A DNA stretch of 64,000 nucleotides from Lama glama. Its lineage: Eukaryota. The translations under genes and the position numbers were made by a program. Below, piece after piece: positions 1-13,809 of the stretch. Each line of letters opens with the position of its first letter. The first letter of the stretch is position 1. The stretch lies in the NCBI GenBank assembly GCA_028534125.1, contig CM052816.1, forward strand, positions 64,296,001 to 64,360,000, in the 5' to 3' direction. The notes beneath the pieces are model-generated. The model was not told where the DNA came from and ran no database searches. It saw nothing but the letters and a program-made list of their open reading frames with translations.

Positions 1-1544
1 AAGTATATTCTCAATAATCAGTACAAGCCCCTTTGAACTCTACGTAGGGCTCATTATCGATATCATAAATAAAACAATCAAGGCAAATGCTTCCTTAAAA
101 AGAGTCTAAGCAACTAGAAATAAAGGGATCTGCCATAATCAAGCTGAATACAGGGCATGTGGCAAGAGCAATTGGGTAAAGTGCCTCAAAGGTAAATCAT
201 AATTTTGTTGTGACATAAAAATATAAAAAAATCAGAGCTAGTAATGTTCTTTGAAAGAGTTAAGATATTCAAAGGTATAAATGAAAAACACTTTTAAAAT
301 CCACACAAAGGGATTCTGAAACAGCAAAATCTACTAATCCACAAATTGCTGGATTATTCTTAAGTACACACATGTTTTGGACACTTCAGAATAACAAAAT
401 ATATTCCTGATTAGCAACACTCAAGTTTCCAGCTGCCTTTACATTTGTTCACTTTGTCAAAGCCCTAATTCTACACCAAAGTCCTTTGTCTTACTCAGAC
501 ACCAGCTCAGCTCACCTTACTGGAAAGGCTCTTCTGGTTTTGTCAGCTGTGCCTATGATAAGCAGCTGGGAAGTATGGAAAAACCATTAACTATTCACTG
601 AAAGTGTGTGGACATGGAGTTTCACCATTTGTTGCAGAAGAGGCTATAAAAAAATGTAAACCCAAAAAGTGAAATTAAAAAGACTATTCATTGCTCCACA
701 CCTGCTCAGAAAAAGCTTTACAATCACCAATCCATGTAAAATAGCCCCAGCTCAACTAAAGGAAGTATTAATTCTTGTTTAGACAGAGGGGGAAGAAAAG
801 AAACCTACCGAGGCACAAAGGCAAAGGCAAAATCACTCGGAAGCACGAAGAGAAATGTCCACGGACGTACTGGGGATAAACTAAAGGTCTCTCAGAGGTC
901 TGTGTTTCCCTAATGTAGTACTTTAAACAAACGGCAAACTGTGGGCAGATAGACATCAATCTGGAATGTAGGCAGGAGAGCTTTTCACAACTTCAAAGCG
1001 TAAAAATGTGTTCTCAATTAGTATGTAATATATGAAAGCCAAATGCAGACTAGGCCTCAAGTATTTCCCGTCTTTAACTTGAGATTTTTCCCATCTTTAG
1101 CAACCTTCAATTGCTGGGCCACAGTGCCACTGCTCCCATGACCTCCTATTCCTTACTTGTGCCCATCACTCCACGTGCTGTGGCTATCAGGAGGGCTCTC
1201 TTCTGAGTGTGAACGCAAAACCCCATCTCTGGAACTGTCAATAAATTATATCCATTTGGGCAGCAGAAGTCTGTGGTATAGACTGCTATCTGAAAGGCGG
1301 AGGTCCAGGTTGGCAGCTCCGCAAAAATCCCGGGGAAGTGGGCATGATCACTATGATTAGCAGGGTCATGTACCGCTCTCTGCCCGTGGGGCACAGGGGC
1401 TAAGAGCAGGCTCCCAAAAGAACCAAGATCCAGGTGGACTGTCAATGGTGGAGACAAGTATACTATTGGGCCTGGTTATGAGATACCGTATGTGCTGCAA
1501 ATAATATGTGCATTCATCACGAAACAATGAAGATGGAAAAGAGA

Positions 1545-1730
1545 ATCAACCCTGTTTAAGTGCCTGGGCACTGGCCTAAATACTAGACATGTATTATCTT
1601 AATTAATGCAACTGAGGATCAGAGAAGTTAAATAACTTGCCCAGGTAAAAAAGTCGTAAGCACTAGAATCAGAATCCAAACCCAGATCTCCCTAACTACA
1701 AAGCAAGTGTTCTTTCTACCAGATCATAAT
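1545..1730 (-). mobile_element. MIR SINE
   Basis: AACTGAGGATCAGAGAAGTTAAATAACTTGCCCAGG core. Confidence 0.7.
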
Positions 1731-4700
1731 GCCTTTTATTATCTTTCTCATCATCATGTTTTCCTGAAATAGTTAAGCTTCCACTATGGGCATCTATAAA
1801 CGTGGTTTAAAACTTAAAAGAGAACTGAGCATTTTCCTGACAACCTAGCAGTACACACTGGCTTGGAAAAACTCCTTTAAACACTAAAATTCTTCTGTTT
1901 TTACCACTTTTGATGAAAATCTTTCTCAAAATATGTAACTGCCTTCTTAAATAGAATATACCAAACACCACTAACCAGTAAATGTGTTGCACCATGTCCA
2001 AGGTATTCTACCATTTGGGACGAGAGACTACACTCATCTTAGAGATGGAGGAGGCCACAAAGACCATCTAGTCAAACCCCATGACTGCAGAATCTTCCTC
2101 ATAAGATTTGTCCAAGTTAAAATGTTAAATACATGAAAAAAGAAAGCTATCTGCACGTGGCTCAATGGATTGAAAATTTATTTAATAAGTTTTTGGAACA
2201 CAAAGGTTCCAATATCCCATCTAGATCCACCAACACTTGAGTTTCATCCCAGCAAACAGATTAAATGCTCACCATAACCTGGTCACCTGTCAATCTTCAC
2301 ATTTTCTAAACCTTGTAAGCTCATGAATTCAGATTCAACTGTACAATACTGAAGCAACTGTTCATAAGGTTTTTTGAGGGTGGTAGTATTCTTTCACGTT
2401 ATGTGAAATCTTCATTCCTCCCTGCCCAGACTCACAGAGCTAAATACACTTTTCACTAACACCCTTATTCTAAAAACTTGTCATTAGAATTCAGAAGGCT
2501 TTCTATCAATAAAGATCAGATATTCTCTGTTTTAGCAAGGACAGCAACATTTTAACACTGAAAACCTGATCCTTAACTAGAAGAAAATTTTAAGTGTCAT
2601 TGGAGCAGTTCTCCTCAGAAATATTTCTGACGTTAGCATCATTTTTTTTTTGTTTTTCTAAATAAGATGATGTATTATAACTTAAACCAATCCCAAAGGC
2701 ATTAGCACATATAAGAAAAAGTTCTTATACATCAACATTAGGTACAAGATCAAAATAAGAAATGTTAATAGTTATGTGTTAGAGTTATCAAAATTTCCAG
2801 GCCTTCATTCACTCAAAAGAAGATCAAGATTTCAATTATGACTACAGCCAGCTGGTAGAGGGAAAAGACAGCCAGCCAGCCACACTGTCCTCCATTCTCA
2901 TCATCTGCCTTTCATTATTCTCCCACCATCCTAAGTTTAAGGTGTAACTCCAAGCTGCCCAGAAGATCTTGTCAGAAGCCTAGTCTCTTTGTTTAGTGGA
3001 CAATTATTTCAGACTGAAACTTGAAAAGAAAAGAAATCACTATGCCTAAAAAAAGGAAAAGAAATTCTAAGTAGAAAGAAAACACATGGTGTGTGAAACA
3101 AACATACATACATACTAAACATACATACATACTATATAAAAGTTATTTTTAAACAGTATACATAAGTTATATTTTCAAATAAGATGCTCAATCAATAAGC
3201 ATACTGTTTTCCTTGTGAGTCCAGACCTTTTGGAAACACTATATATACTGTACTTCTTTCAGATTAAGAACTGGATCCATTACTTTGAATTTAGAGAAAC
3301 TTCACTTAGAAATATGTTTAGAAGTTTAAGAAAATTACACTGAGCATGTAATTTGAAAGTAAAATATGTTGTTTATAAACAAGTCTAGCTTACATTTCCT
3401 GACATTTTGGATACCCTGTATTTCAATTCATTGCAAATTAGCTCCCTTAATTTTCTACATACTTCCCCACCCCAAACACCAAATTTCTCTCTATTTAAGG
3501 CATCATGACTTTACTACTGCTTATGGTGTAGCACTTTTGGGAAACTGAAAATAAACTGTTAAAGAGAGAACTGTTGACTCCATTAGAGCCCAGTTAATTT
3601 TGTCACTGACTGATGTGTAACTAAAGACAAAGTACCTAATCATAAATAAAAATACATCTCTCAAGCTTATGAATGTTTATGGAAGTGCCAAAGGCAAGGG
3701 CTGTAGGGTACTCACATAAACCCTTTGTAAAAATGCCAGAGAAAAGTTGAGATGAAAAGGATTATTTCTTTCTATTCCAAAATATAAAAAGTGTGTATTC
3801 TGGCTATTTTATCACGAAATGACTGACAGCTATGTACAAAGAGAGGGAGAATGCCATAAGAAAGCATGCAGGACCAACCACCACCAGCCACACTTGTCTG
3901 TCAGATGAACACAGTGCTACTTAGTCTTGGTTGCATCCACTTGGAACAGACCAGTTTTTGGCCTACATTCCAGGTTCACTTTTCTAGCATATCTATATTA
4001 CTCTACTTTCTATCCTTCAGCAAAGAACAAAAGTTTAGCAGGTGGACCTTTGCTAGTATAACGCATGTTAACTACAACCAACTTCATCTGTTACATCAAG
4101 AACGATATCTACATTCCACTTCTACATGAAAAGCCCTAATAAATTTTACATTTGTTTTGAATGGATTGTATTACATTTATCCAAACAGTAAACGACCCAA
4201 TGCACTGTGATGGAAGGATCTATTCCCTCCACACTGCAGGAATATCTCAATTGCTAAAGAGGAAAAAAAGTTCGTCTTATGGCATTCAAAAAGTTGACTA
4301 CATGGAATTCCAGCTGAACAGGGAAAAATACATCACTCCAATGATCAGAGGTGATATATTGTACTTTAGTTTTCCACAGCCAAGAGGCCACATATAACAG
4401 ACTAGAACAAAATAAACTACAGACAACTGCTCACCACTGAGGCATATGTGTGCCCTCCTTCATGCTTTAAGATGAAGCCATGACATACATCACAATGTTA
4501 GCTACTTTGAGCTCTTTGTCCAGGACAAATGTACACTTACTTCAAGTAAATTCAATACTGTCATATGCAGAAGAAAAATCTGGAGATGATATTCACTTTA
4601 AAAAAGAATTTTCCATGGTATTCTTTAAAAATAAGTCCTAGAATGATTCATTCTACAAATATATGTTACACGCTTTATGGAACAATAAATGTTTATGAAC

Positions 4701-4856
4701 ACATGAAAAAGCTTATGATTGTGATAACAATTCTAAAGTAGGGGTTGGTAATCACTGAGACAAAAACAAAAGAGAGCAAAAGTCACCACCGAAGACACAA
4801 TGGTCAGTGCACAATTTCCCTAGGCTCCAGCCAACATCTTTCAATAAACTATTTTT

Positions 4857-4977
4857 TAATGAGGGGGAGGTAATTAGGTTTATTCATTTATTTATGTTTG
4901 GAGGAGGTACTGGAAATGGAACCCAGGACCTCATGTGTGCTAAGTATGTGCTCTACCACTTGACCTATATCCTCCCC
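4857..4977 (-). mobile_element. tRNA-derived SINE (camelid vic-1-like)
   Basis: Reverse complement GGGGAGGATATAGGTCAAGTGGTAGAGCAC...GTCCTGGGTTCCATTTCCAGTACCTCC plus the AAACCTAATTACCTCCCC tail shared with other copies. Confidence 0.85.
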
Positions 4978-6287
4978 TTTAAACAAATATTTCTTAAATA
5001 TCTACCATGTCCCAGACAAGCCTATCTGGCTCACATTTCTCACACTTTCACCTCCTGACTTGACACCTACAAAGGAGTCTCAGACTACACAGAAGATGTT
5101 GACGCTGGTGCAATATACTCAGTACCCTCAGTTTTGACAAAATTTGAAGTCTTAATAATTGTGAATGGAGACTACAGGACTAGTACTTTCAAAACTTAGA
5201 TTTAAATATGGAAAAAAAATCACCATTCTACAGATGCTAATTGTTAAAAACATTTTCTGGAGTTCTACTACAAAAGAGTTCTTAACTATTGCTGATGGTT
5301 CCAATTCTGATAATAATTTAAAGCTACGCCAAATTTAGTGTGAGAATAGTGTTGAACAGAGCAAAACAGGTTCCAACGCTATTCAAAGTCATAAAGAATA
5401 AGTAAAGCCATTTTCTCATCTTAAGTATCACACAAAGAGGCTTACCATTCTGTTTACTGTCTATCAGAGGTAGCTTGGCATCTGCATTGCTAATAGTCCT
5501 TTTACAAAATGTGCCCAAACTTAGTTCCTCTGAATCACAGTAACTGATCTCTCACCTATCCTAGGACTGGGACATGCTAATAATGTCAAGGTGCACATAA
5601 GTGTACTTTCATGTTCAGAACATTATCAGAGAAGAAAAGTTTTTAGAGGTGGGTGTTTATTTTCCTGGGAACATATAGTATGTATATAGGAGGTTCATTC
5701 TGCTTTTTCTAGTTTTCACTTGGTATTCTATAAAGGGTAGATCTAAATATAATGAATCCTTCATGAAAGATATCTCTCATAAGGCAAAAACCTAAGAGAG
5801 TTTTTGATATGCAGTAGGGAAAAAAGGGCTTCTGTTTTTTGTGGTATCAAATTCTTTGTCTTCATACAGTTATCGAATCAAAACTAGTCAAAGGACCCTC
5901 TGGAAAAATTAAACTGTAAAAGGCAATGGACTGCTCGACCACAAGTAAATCCCTACAATTTTAAGATGACAGTCTACTTCTGTGCAGTCGTTTAGATAAT
6001 AAAGATTTGAAAGAAAAGAGAAGCAATACAGAACACTTCACAAATCCAAAAGATTGTTCCCAGGATAGAAAAAGAATTCCCTTCACAAGATCTAGCCCAA
6101 GAAACTGCAGTAAGAAATAAAAACATTTCTGAATTGATAAACTGAGATACAACTGGGAAGTTAATGCTAACTTCTAGACTGTTGTTTATTAACCGTTCTA
6201 ATTTTTATTTAATTTTTATTATGATTTAAAAATGAAAAAAAATTTGCAAAGGATATGCTTGCCCCAGCCTCTCTCAAAGCAACTTCA

Positions 6288-6436
6288 TGGAGGACGGTAC
6301 AGCTCATTAGTAGAGTGCATGCTTAACATACAAAAGATCCTAGATTCCATTCCCAGTACCTCCAATAAAAAAAATAAATAAATAAAGTAAATAAATAAAT
6401 CTAATAACCTCCCTGACCAAAACAAACTTAAAAAAA
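6288..6436 (+). mobile_element. tRNA-derived SINE (vic-1-like) with 12-bp TSD
   Basis: A/B-box-like head, A-rich tail; AAAGCAACTTCA at 6276-6287 and 6437-6448. Confidence 0.88.
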
Positions 6437-6448
6437 AAAGCAACTTCA

Positions 6449-7835
6449 GATTATAATTTTCTTATGAGTTCTTCCAAAGATGTGATATGCATATAAAAGC
6501 AACATAGAAATGCCTGTACATTTATTCTCAAATGCCAGCATAACAGACACTACTCTGTATCTTTTTTTTAACAAATATCTACATCATTTCAAATCAGTAC
6601 AATTTCCTCATTCTTTTTTACTCCACAGTATTCCATTATGTGAATGGATCATAATTTATTTAACTAGTCTTCTATAATGAACATTTAAGTTGTTTTCAGT
6701 GTTTTGCTACTATAAACAATGCTTCAATAAACTACTTTGTTTCAATTTAGCTTAAGATATATTTCTGAATGTGGAACTGTTGGGTCGAAGATGTGTGTGC
6801 ATTTATAATTTTAATGGATGCTATTAAATTATCCTCCATAAAGACTGTCCCAATTTATATTCATAACAGGAACGTATGAGTACCTATTTCCACACTCAGG
6901 CTAATAACTTGTTAAAATTTTTATTTTATTTTTATCAGTGTGATAGGTTTTTTCTAAACAGTATCTGGTGCAATTTCAACTTGCATTTCTTCTAAAAACT
7001 GAGCATCTTTTTAAAATTTTTTTATTGAGATGTAGTTGATATACAGTATTATATAAGCAACTGAGCACCTTTAGATTTAGATTTAGACCCACACTGATAA
7101 CTCATTTCTGTAAAATCTTTATATGTATCTTTTACCCATTTTTCTACTTCTTGGTCTTTTTCTTATTGATTTGTAGACATTTTTTACACATGAGGGAAAT
7201 CTGTCCACTATCTCTGATGAGTGTTTTACAACTTGTCTTTGACTTCTCTTGTGTTAGTTTTTGATATGTAGAAACTTACATTTTTAAGTCTAATTTATGA
7301 AGCTTTTTCTTTTATTCCTTCAGACTTTTACGTCAAAGTCAGAAAAATCTTCTCCATTCTAAATTATAAAACTTTTCTCTCCTACTTAGTTCTATTTCTT
7401 TTGTGATTTTGCTTTTTAAAGTCAAAATTAGATTCACTTAAAATTCATCCTGTTAGAGGTGTGAGTTACAGACCCAATTTTATTTTTTTCTGATGGTTCC
7501 CCAGTTATCCCAACACCATTTACTGAATAAATTTCACCTCTGATTTGAAATGCCAATTTATCATGCCCTGTGTGTTTTGGAGTTCCTTTCCAGTCTTCCT
7601 ATTTTATTTCACTGATCTGTAGATCTATGCATGTGCCTTCATCACATAGCTTTAATTAATGTAGCTTAATAGTATCTTTTAATATCTTACAGGGCTAGTT
7701 CCACTTCTCATTTCTTTTTCAGAATGTTCCTATTATTGCTTGCATACGTCTATGCTAATTTTAGTACTGGTTTGTGAAACCAAAAAAAAAAAATCCTGTT
7801 AGTATTTTTATTGGGATCATTTAAATTTATGAAGC
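6449..7835 (-). mobile_element. Ancient L1 (L1M-type) fragment, antisense, containing a nested mini-L1
   Basis: T-rich L1 antisense motifs (TATTCCATTATGTGAATG, CCCAGTTATCCCAACACCATTTACTGAATA, GTATTTTTATTGGGAT). Confidence 0.75.
7011..7058 (-). mobile_element. ~48-bp L1 3' terminus with 14-bp TSD, nested in older L1
   Basis: TTTTTATTGAGATGTAGTTGATATACAGTATT (L1 3' end, antisense) flanked by AACTGAGCA(T/C)CTTT at 6997-7010 and 7059-7072. Confidence 0.8.
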
Positions 7836-8587
7836 TTACCTACCTCTAAGAAACAACCCTAAATACCTGGCAATTCTGTTTCACTTAAGTACAAATTATA
7901 TGATTCATGACTTAGCTAGAGCAATCATATTTCGTATTAGTATGTCTCCAATCACAAGACAATGGTCTTCCTGAGAGGTAATAGTGGTTATGGCATTAAG
8001 CTTCCTCTTGCAGCCAGAAGGATTGTATAAAAAAATGTACGAATGCCCTAAGTACTGTTAAAATAGCATATTTACTAAGTTTATCCATAAATTAAATATA
8101 AACAAAAAAAATAATTCCATGGCCACCATATGTTTTCTTAAAATGAAAGCTAAAGGTACAGGAGTAAAGAATTGAAAAAGACCTCTACAGATAATCCAGA
8201 CCAGCTTCTAAGCAACCTTTTCTTCTGAATATATCACTCCTATCATAATGGTTTATTTTATGGACTGCTTCCTAATTTCCCATTCAAAGGACACTCTAAA
8301 TTGGAAAATCATGTCCATTCTACCCCAACATTCCTATACAATTGTTACCACATGTACAGTATCTTTTATCATCATGCAGATGGAAGCAAAAGGAGTGATA
8401 AATGGGAGCAAAAAGTAGAGAGAAACAATATTTTACATTAATATTTATAATTTATAAACACCTTAACATACTCTTATTTGATATATATGCATAAATTGGG
8501 CTGCCTACAAATGAATAAAGAATACATAAAAAATGAAGAACAATAATTTTTATAAGCAATTTTTTAAAGTTAAATATTCATGTCTAC

Positions 8588-8800
8588 ACCAGTTGAAGGC
8601 CTTAATAGAAAAAGACTGACCTCCCTGGAAGAAGAAGGAATTCTGCAAGCAGACGACCTTCAGACTATAACTGCAGCTCTTCCATGGGTCTCCAGGCTGC
8701 CAGACTTCTCTGCAGATTTAAGACTTGCCAGGCCTCCACAATTACATGAGCAAATTTCTTAAAATAAATCTCTCGATAGATACATATAGATAAAAAAAAA
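8588..8800 (+). mobile_element. MLT2-like (ERVL) LTR fragment ending in poly(A), flanked by 12-16-bp direct repeats
   Basis: CAGTTGAAGGCCTTAATAGAAAAAGACTGACCTCCC...GGAATTCTGC...CAAATTTCTTAAAATAAATCTCTC resembles the MLT2 LTR consensus; ATTCATGTCTAC at 8576-8587 and 8801-8812. Confidence 0.8.
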
Positions 8801-8889
8801 ATTCATGTCTACGACATCCTGTAATTTTAATGCTATAAATCTTTAGTATCAAAAGAGAAACATGTTCTCTCTGTTTAAGGGTGGGGGGA

Positions 8890-9830
8890 GTAAAATATGA
8901 GATTAAAGACGTAAGCAGGGCCAGATCATGAGCAACAGAATTTTAGACTTTGGCCTTAAAAGGATTTTAAGTAGGGAAAGAACATGATCATAATTGCTTT
9001 TTAAAAATCAATTATGTACAAGTACAGAGGATGCATTAGTTGTAGTGTGGCAAGGGTAGATAGAGAAAAAGTTACTGCAGTTAACCAGATCAATGATGGT
9101 TGGATTTAAGGTAGCAGCAGCAGTGATAAAGGATTCATTTAAGAGATATCAAAAAGATAGAAATGATAAGACATTAGTGATTTTCTGGTCTAAACAACTT
9201 AGTGGATAGCAGTGCCATTTACAGAACTAAAGGACTTACAGGCAAAGGCAGATTTAGAAGGAAAACAGTAAGTTTGAGGCACAAGTGTGACAAGCAAGTA
9301 AAGATATCCACAAACAGTTAGATAACAGGATGTGAGAGCTCAGAAGAAGTAAAGATTTAAAGCTGGTATATAGAATTTTGAGAGCAAATAAGAGTAGAAA
9401 AAGTGCCTAGAAAAGTGGGCAGAAGACAGTGACCCAACATAGAAGACTGAAATTACCAGAGAGGTAAGAGAAAAATCAGGAGAGGTTGGATTTATGAAAG
9501 TCAGGTCAAGACTGTGATACAATAAAGAGTGGTCAGCTTTGCTGAGTGTTGGTGAGCTGTCAAATAAGATAAAGACTGAGAAAAGCCCACTCCATTTAAG
9601 AACACTGATACCATTAACAGGTACAGCGTCGGTGGAGTGATGGGACAGAGATAAGAATGCAGCAAGTTGAAGACTGAAGTGGGAAGTGAAGAGATAAAGT
9701 GTGATCATTCAAGAAATCTGAACATGGTGGAGGGGTGGCAGGGAGACAGATACTGAGGGAAAAAAAATGGAACAGGAAAGCTTAGTGTCAAAGGAGGATT
9801 TTTTTTAAAGGTGGAAAAGATTTCCCCATG
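8890..9830 (-). mobile_element. L2 LINE fragment(s)
   Basis: Purine-rich L2 antisense motifs (GGGCCAGATCATG, GGATTTTAAGTAGGGAAAGAACATGATC, AAACAACTTAGTGGATAGCAGTGCCATTTAC). Confidence 0.7.
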
Positions 9831-11199
9831 TTAAAATGGTATTTATGTACACAAGCAGTAAGGAAAATGAGTAATTTTTTCCTTTCAATAATGCCCCCAA
9901 ATTAATATAGGAAACAAACTGGAATGCTGCTCAGTTCTGAAGATGGTCTTATGGTAGTGAGAAATCTCAGCCATTCATAAATGGAATTTATCTGTTTCTA
10001 AAGATAATCTCTTATAAACATATAACAAAAAAAGTCAAGAATAAACCTCTAAAAAAAAAAAACCAAAAATATCTTTCATGCAGACATACAAGATTTCATA
10101 AGAGAGATCTGCTTACATTTAAATTATAACAGAACTTCAGAACGCTCACATCAAAATGGAAAATAGAACTCAAAGTTCATATGCCTAATGTTCAATGAGT
10201 AACTTATAAATTCTGAAATATACTTTGTCAAGATAACCAGGAGAGGGAGAATAATCTCTGAATCCAATAGGTCAACTTCCACTTATTCTTCCACAGATTA
10301 AAGGTTTTAGTGATGCCTTGAAATGAAAGGAAACTGACTATTTTATGAATGGTTTGGTTATTTACACCCCTTGAGGCTCATACACAGAACACCTAATGGT
10401 TTTGCCTTGAGGCAAAGATTTAACAGATTGCTCTCCTAATTGCTCCCTGGACACACTGTACACAAGGCCCTGTGATTCTTAGGTGCAGATTCCTGTATAA
10501 AACTCACCTTGAGGGAAAAAAATAAATCAAAGGTAAATCTCTCCACGAAGTATTTCTGAATAAATAAAATTGTTTATAATATCCAAAACCTAGTAAATCA
10601 CCATGCCAGACACTAGTCAAAATATGTGATACATTCCAACATGGTTCTCTCTAAAACAAAAGCAATTTAAGTAAAGACATTAACATATTACTTAAGCAAT
10701 ATCATTATCCCAATAAACTGCTGAACGTGTAGTTGTACTACAAATACAGTGCCAATTTTAAAATTTCTAATGTGAGATTTCATTCCTGAACAATGTGTGT
10801 TATGTCTTCATAGTGAGCAAGATGCTTGGGAAAGTCATCAATTTTAAAAACGTTTAAAATGCAAAATAAAAACTAGGTAAAGTGAGGAGATAAAACAATT
10901 TTTCAAACTAGGAAAAAAAACCAGAACTGAGTATTAAACTTCTGAAAAAGTAAGGAAAGTCCTCTAAATTTAGGAAAGATATAACTATTGAAAAAAATAT
11001 GTGAATTCCAAAAAATTTTTTAAAAATCTTCCAAATGTTCCCAAACGGCAATCAAAATCTCAACGAGGTGCCAGCACCTGCCCAAATTCCCCATTCCTCC
11101 TGTGGATGGGAGGTGTGGACTGGGCCCTCTTGTCTCTAGAGCATGTGTTCTCCACCACTGTGCCCCTTTATCTGACCTTTACCAAGAAGTGAAGATGAA

Positions 11200-11840
11200 G
11201 ATAGGAATAAAATTCATAAAATAAGAAAATGTGACAAATAAGCAAATATACATTAAAGCAGGTAACATTTTTTATGGTAACTTGTTGAATTGGCAAAAAT
11301 ATAAAACTATGATAATATCTAGAGCTGGTAAAAGGTGTGAGAAACTGGTAGGCAATTTGGCAATATGTATAAAGAGCCATCAAAATATATACATGCCTTC
11401 TGGTCAACAGTTTCCTCTTCTGGAAGTTCTATACTAAGGAGGAAAAAATTAAAATATGGGCGAGTAGAGAGAGGTGTTCACTGCATGTGCACAAAGATCC
11501 TCATCTGACAATTTTCATAAAATGAAAACTTAGAAATAACCTGTATGTCCAAAATAAGAGAAGGGTCATGTAAAAATATGATAAATCCACTGACTTATAT
11601 ACATAATTATAAATAATTATAAAATGTTTATAACATGAAAAATGCTTTTCATACAATGTCAAACCAAGAAGAGCTGGATATAAAAATATACAGATTTTGG
11701 AAACCCATTTTTAATGCAAAGAAAAATTACAAAAAAGGAAAAACACTAAAACTGTGACTATGGTTGGTTAATGTGGCAGTACAGAATGATTTTTCCCCAC
11801 TATCTAGCAAATGTTTCATAATGTGGTTTAATTACTTCTA
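11200..11840 (+). mobile_element. Ancient L1 (L1ME-like) 3' fragment
   Basis: GGCAATTTGGCAATATGTATAAAGAGCC..., TTTCCTCTTCTGGAAG, GAAATAACCTGTATGTCCAAAATAAG motifs. Confidence 0.6.
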
Positions 11841-13089
11841 TTATTTTAATAAGCTTAGAAAAATGGGTGGTTCACAGAACATTTGCTAAATTAAAATGTA
11901 AGAACAGAAATTTGAGTATTCTTTCCAAAAGTTTCCAGAAGTGAAAAATAGTAGTATAACAAAAAAGATATGTGATAATTTGTTCTATATGATCCAAGTT
12001 CCATTGTATAGAAGTTGCAAAAAAAAACTGTCTGTGAGCTTACTTAAAGACTTAGAAGTTTTTTCATTAGTTATTTTAAACACAACTGGAAAGCCATTTG
12101 AGTTTTAAGCTGGAGTGTTCTGTTGCCCGATTTATGCTACAATTTCCATTTTCTAGTCTTTTGGTAAAAGCTGGCATCCTAAATGCTTAGCAAAATCTTT
12201 GATGGAAAAGGAAGAACCACTTACACTATTTGACTCTTTCTTAATCTAAAAAATGACATCCTTAGATAAAATTCATATCTAATAATATTCTAAATCTTAA
12301 TAATGTCTCCCCTACTAGCCTGACAGTTTCTGAGAAAGGACAGGAATTGTATCTTATTTGGCAAGGTGGCTGGTTCTTACACGAGCATACAGAGCTGTGC
12401 TTGAGGAGATACACAAGAGGAAAAACAAATATCCCGTAAGTCAGAATAATCACAAACCACCACTCAAGCAAGCAGACATACACAGGAGTGTCCAAGTCCA
12501 AAGATACCTTCGTGAGATATTAAAATGCTTCTGAAAGAACTAGCTGGGCTATCCAAAGGACCAAACCAAAAAGTTCAGCCAAACTTTCAAGACACTAAGC
12601 TTCATACTAGGAAGACTCAATTCTAGTCAACCATAAAACACGTATTTATTACAACAGATTTGGAAAGGCTTTTCTTTTAGCTGTTATATAAAATGTGGTT
12701 AACACAGAACACTCATTTATTAGCACATATTTAAAAGAATGCACTTGAGTTTAATCCAATTATGAAACTACTTCATTCTGCAATAGTAATTTGGACTTTC
12801 ACTTACCTATGATCAAAGACCTTTTTGATTGTTATATGAGGTAAATTTTATTATAAGGAATAAGATTTAGCTCACCAGGGCTGTCACATTTATTACTAAA
12901 ACCACTGGGTCTTCAGGTCTTAGAAAAATACAGGAATATATATCCAGTACCCAAGGAAGTAATGACACAATTTAAACCACCAACAAACATTTGCATTGCA
13001 CTTAATGATTTTAAAAGGGCATCATATAGAAAATGTTATCTGGTAACTAAAATGTGTCCAGACCTTTCTTTATAGCTTTCAAGGGGCTT

Positions 13090-13245
13090 CCTTCACACAT
13101 TATATGCCACTTCACTTTCAAAGCAACCCTGTAAGTTAAGCAAGGCAGGTATTATTACGCCATTACAGATGATGAAACTGAGGCTCAGAAAACAAGTGAT
13201 ATGACAAACTCACAGAGCTTGTTAAATGGCAAAGCAGAAATTACC
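13090..13245 (-). mobile_element. MIR SINE
   Basis: CCATTACAGATGATGAAACTGAGGCTCAGA core. Confidence 0.75.
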
Positions 13246-13809
13246 CTTTGGGTGAAGGACACTCTCATCTGCCTCTCCTCCCCATGCCAGATCTCCATCA
13301 GAGCTGACGAACTTGCATCTTGTGCAGGCAATGTGATCAAAGGGAAATATATGATGGCATCCCAGACATATGTCCCTTCTTGGTAGCCAGCCAGCAGTAA
13401 AAACTGTTTCATCCACTGACACATATAATAGAAAACCCACAGTTCTTTACCCAAAAGGCAAATTGATAATTAAAAAGGTAAGCCTCCCACTGAGCCAAAG
13501 TCAGACTTTATTTTTTACAAATTTATTTAAAAGTTCAGGGGAAACACCGTAGAGGAATATTAAAGGCAGACTTCTCAAGGGTTTTGTTACCCCTTCTTTT
13601 CTGCTATTTATATCAAACAAGACATCATTCAATATCTAAAATGCCAATTATCTTACTTTAAATGATGGCCCCTTCAAGCATCAATATTTTTTAAATATTT
13701 TAACTCAGTAAAATGTTTCTAAAATTTATTAAACATCTATCTTCTTAAATATATAGAATTAATGGTATGTCTACTATAAATCACTAATATTGTATTTTAT
13801 ATAAAATAT

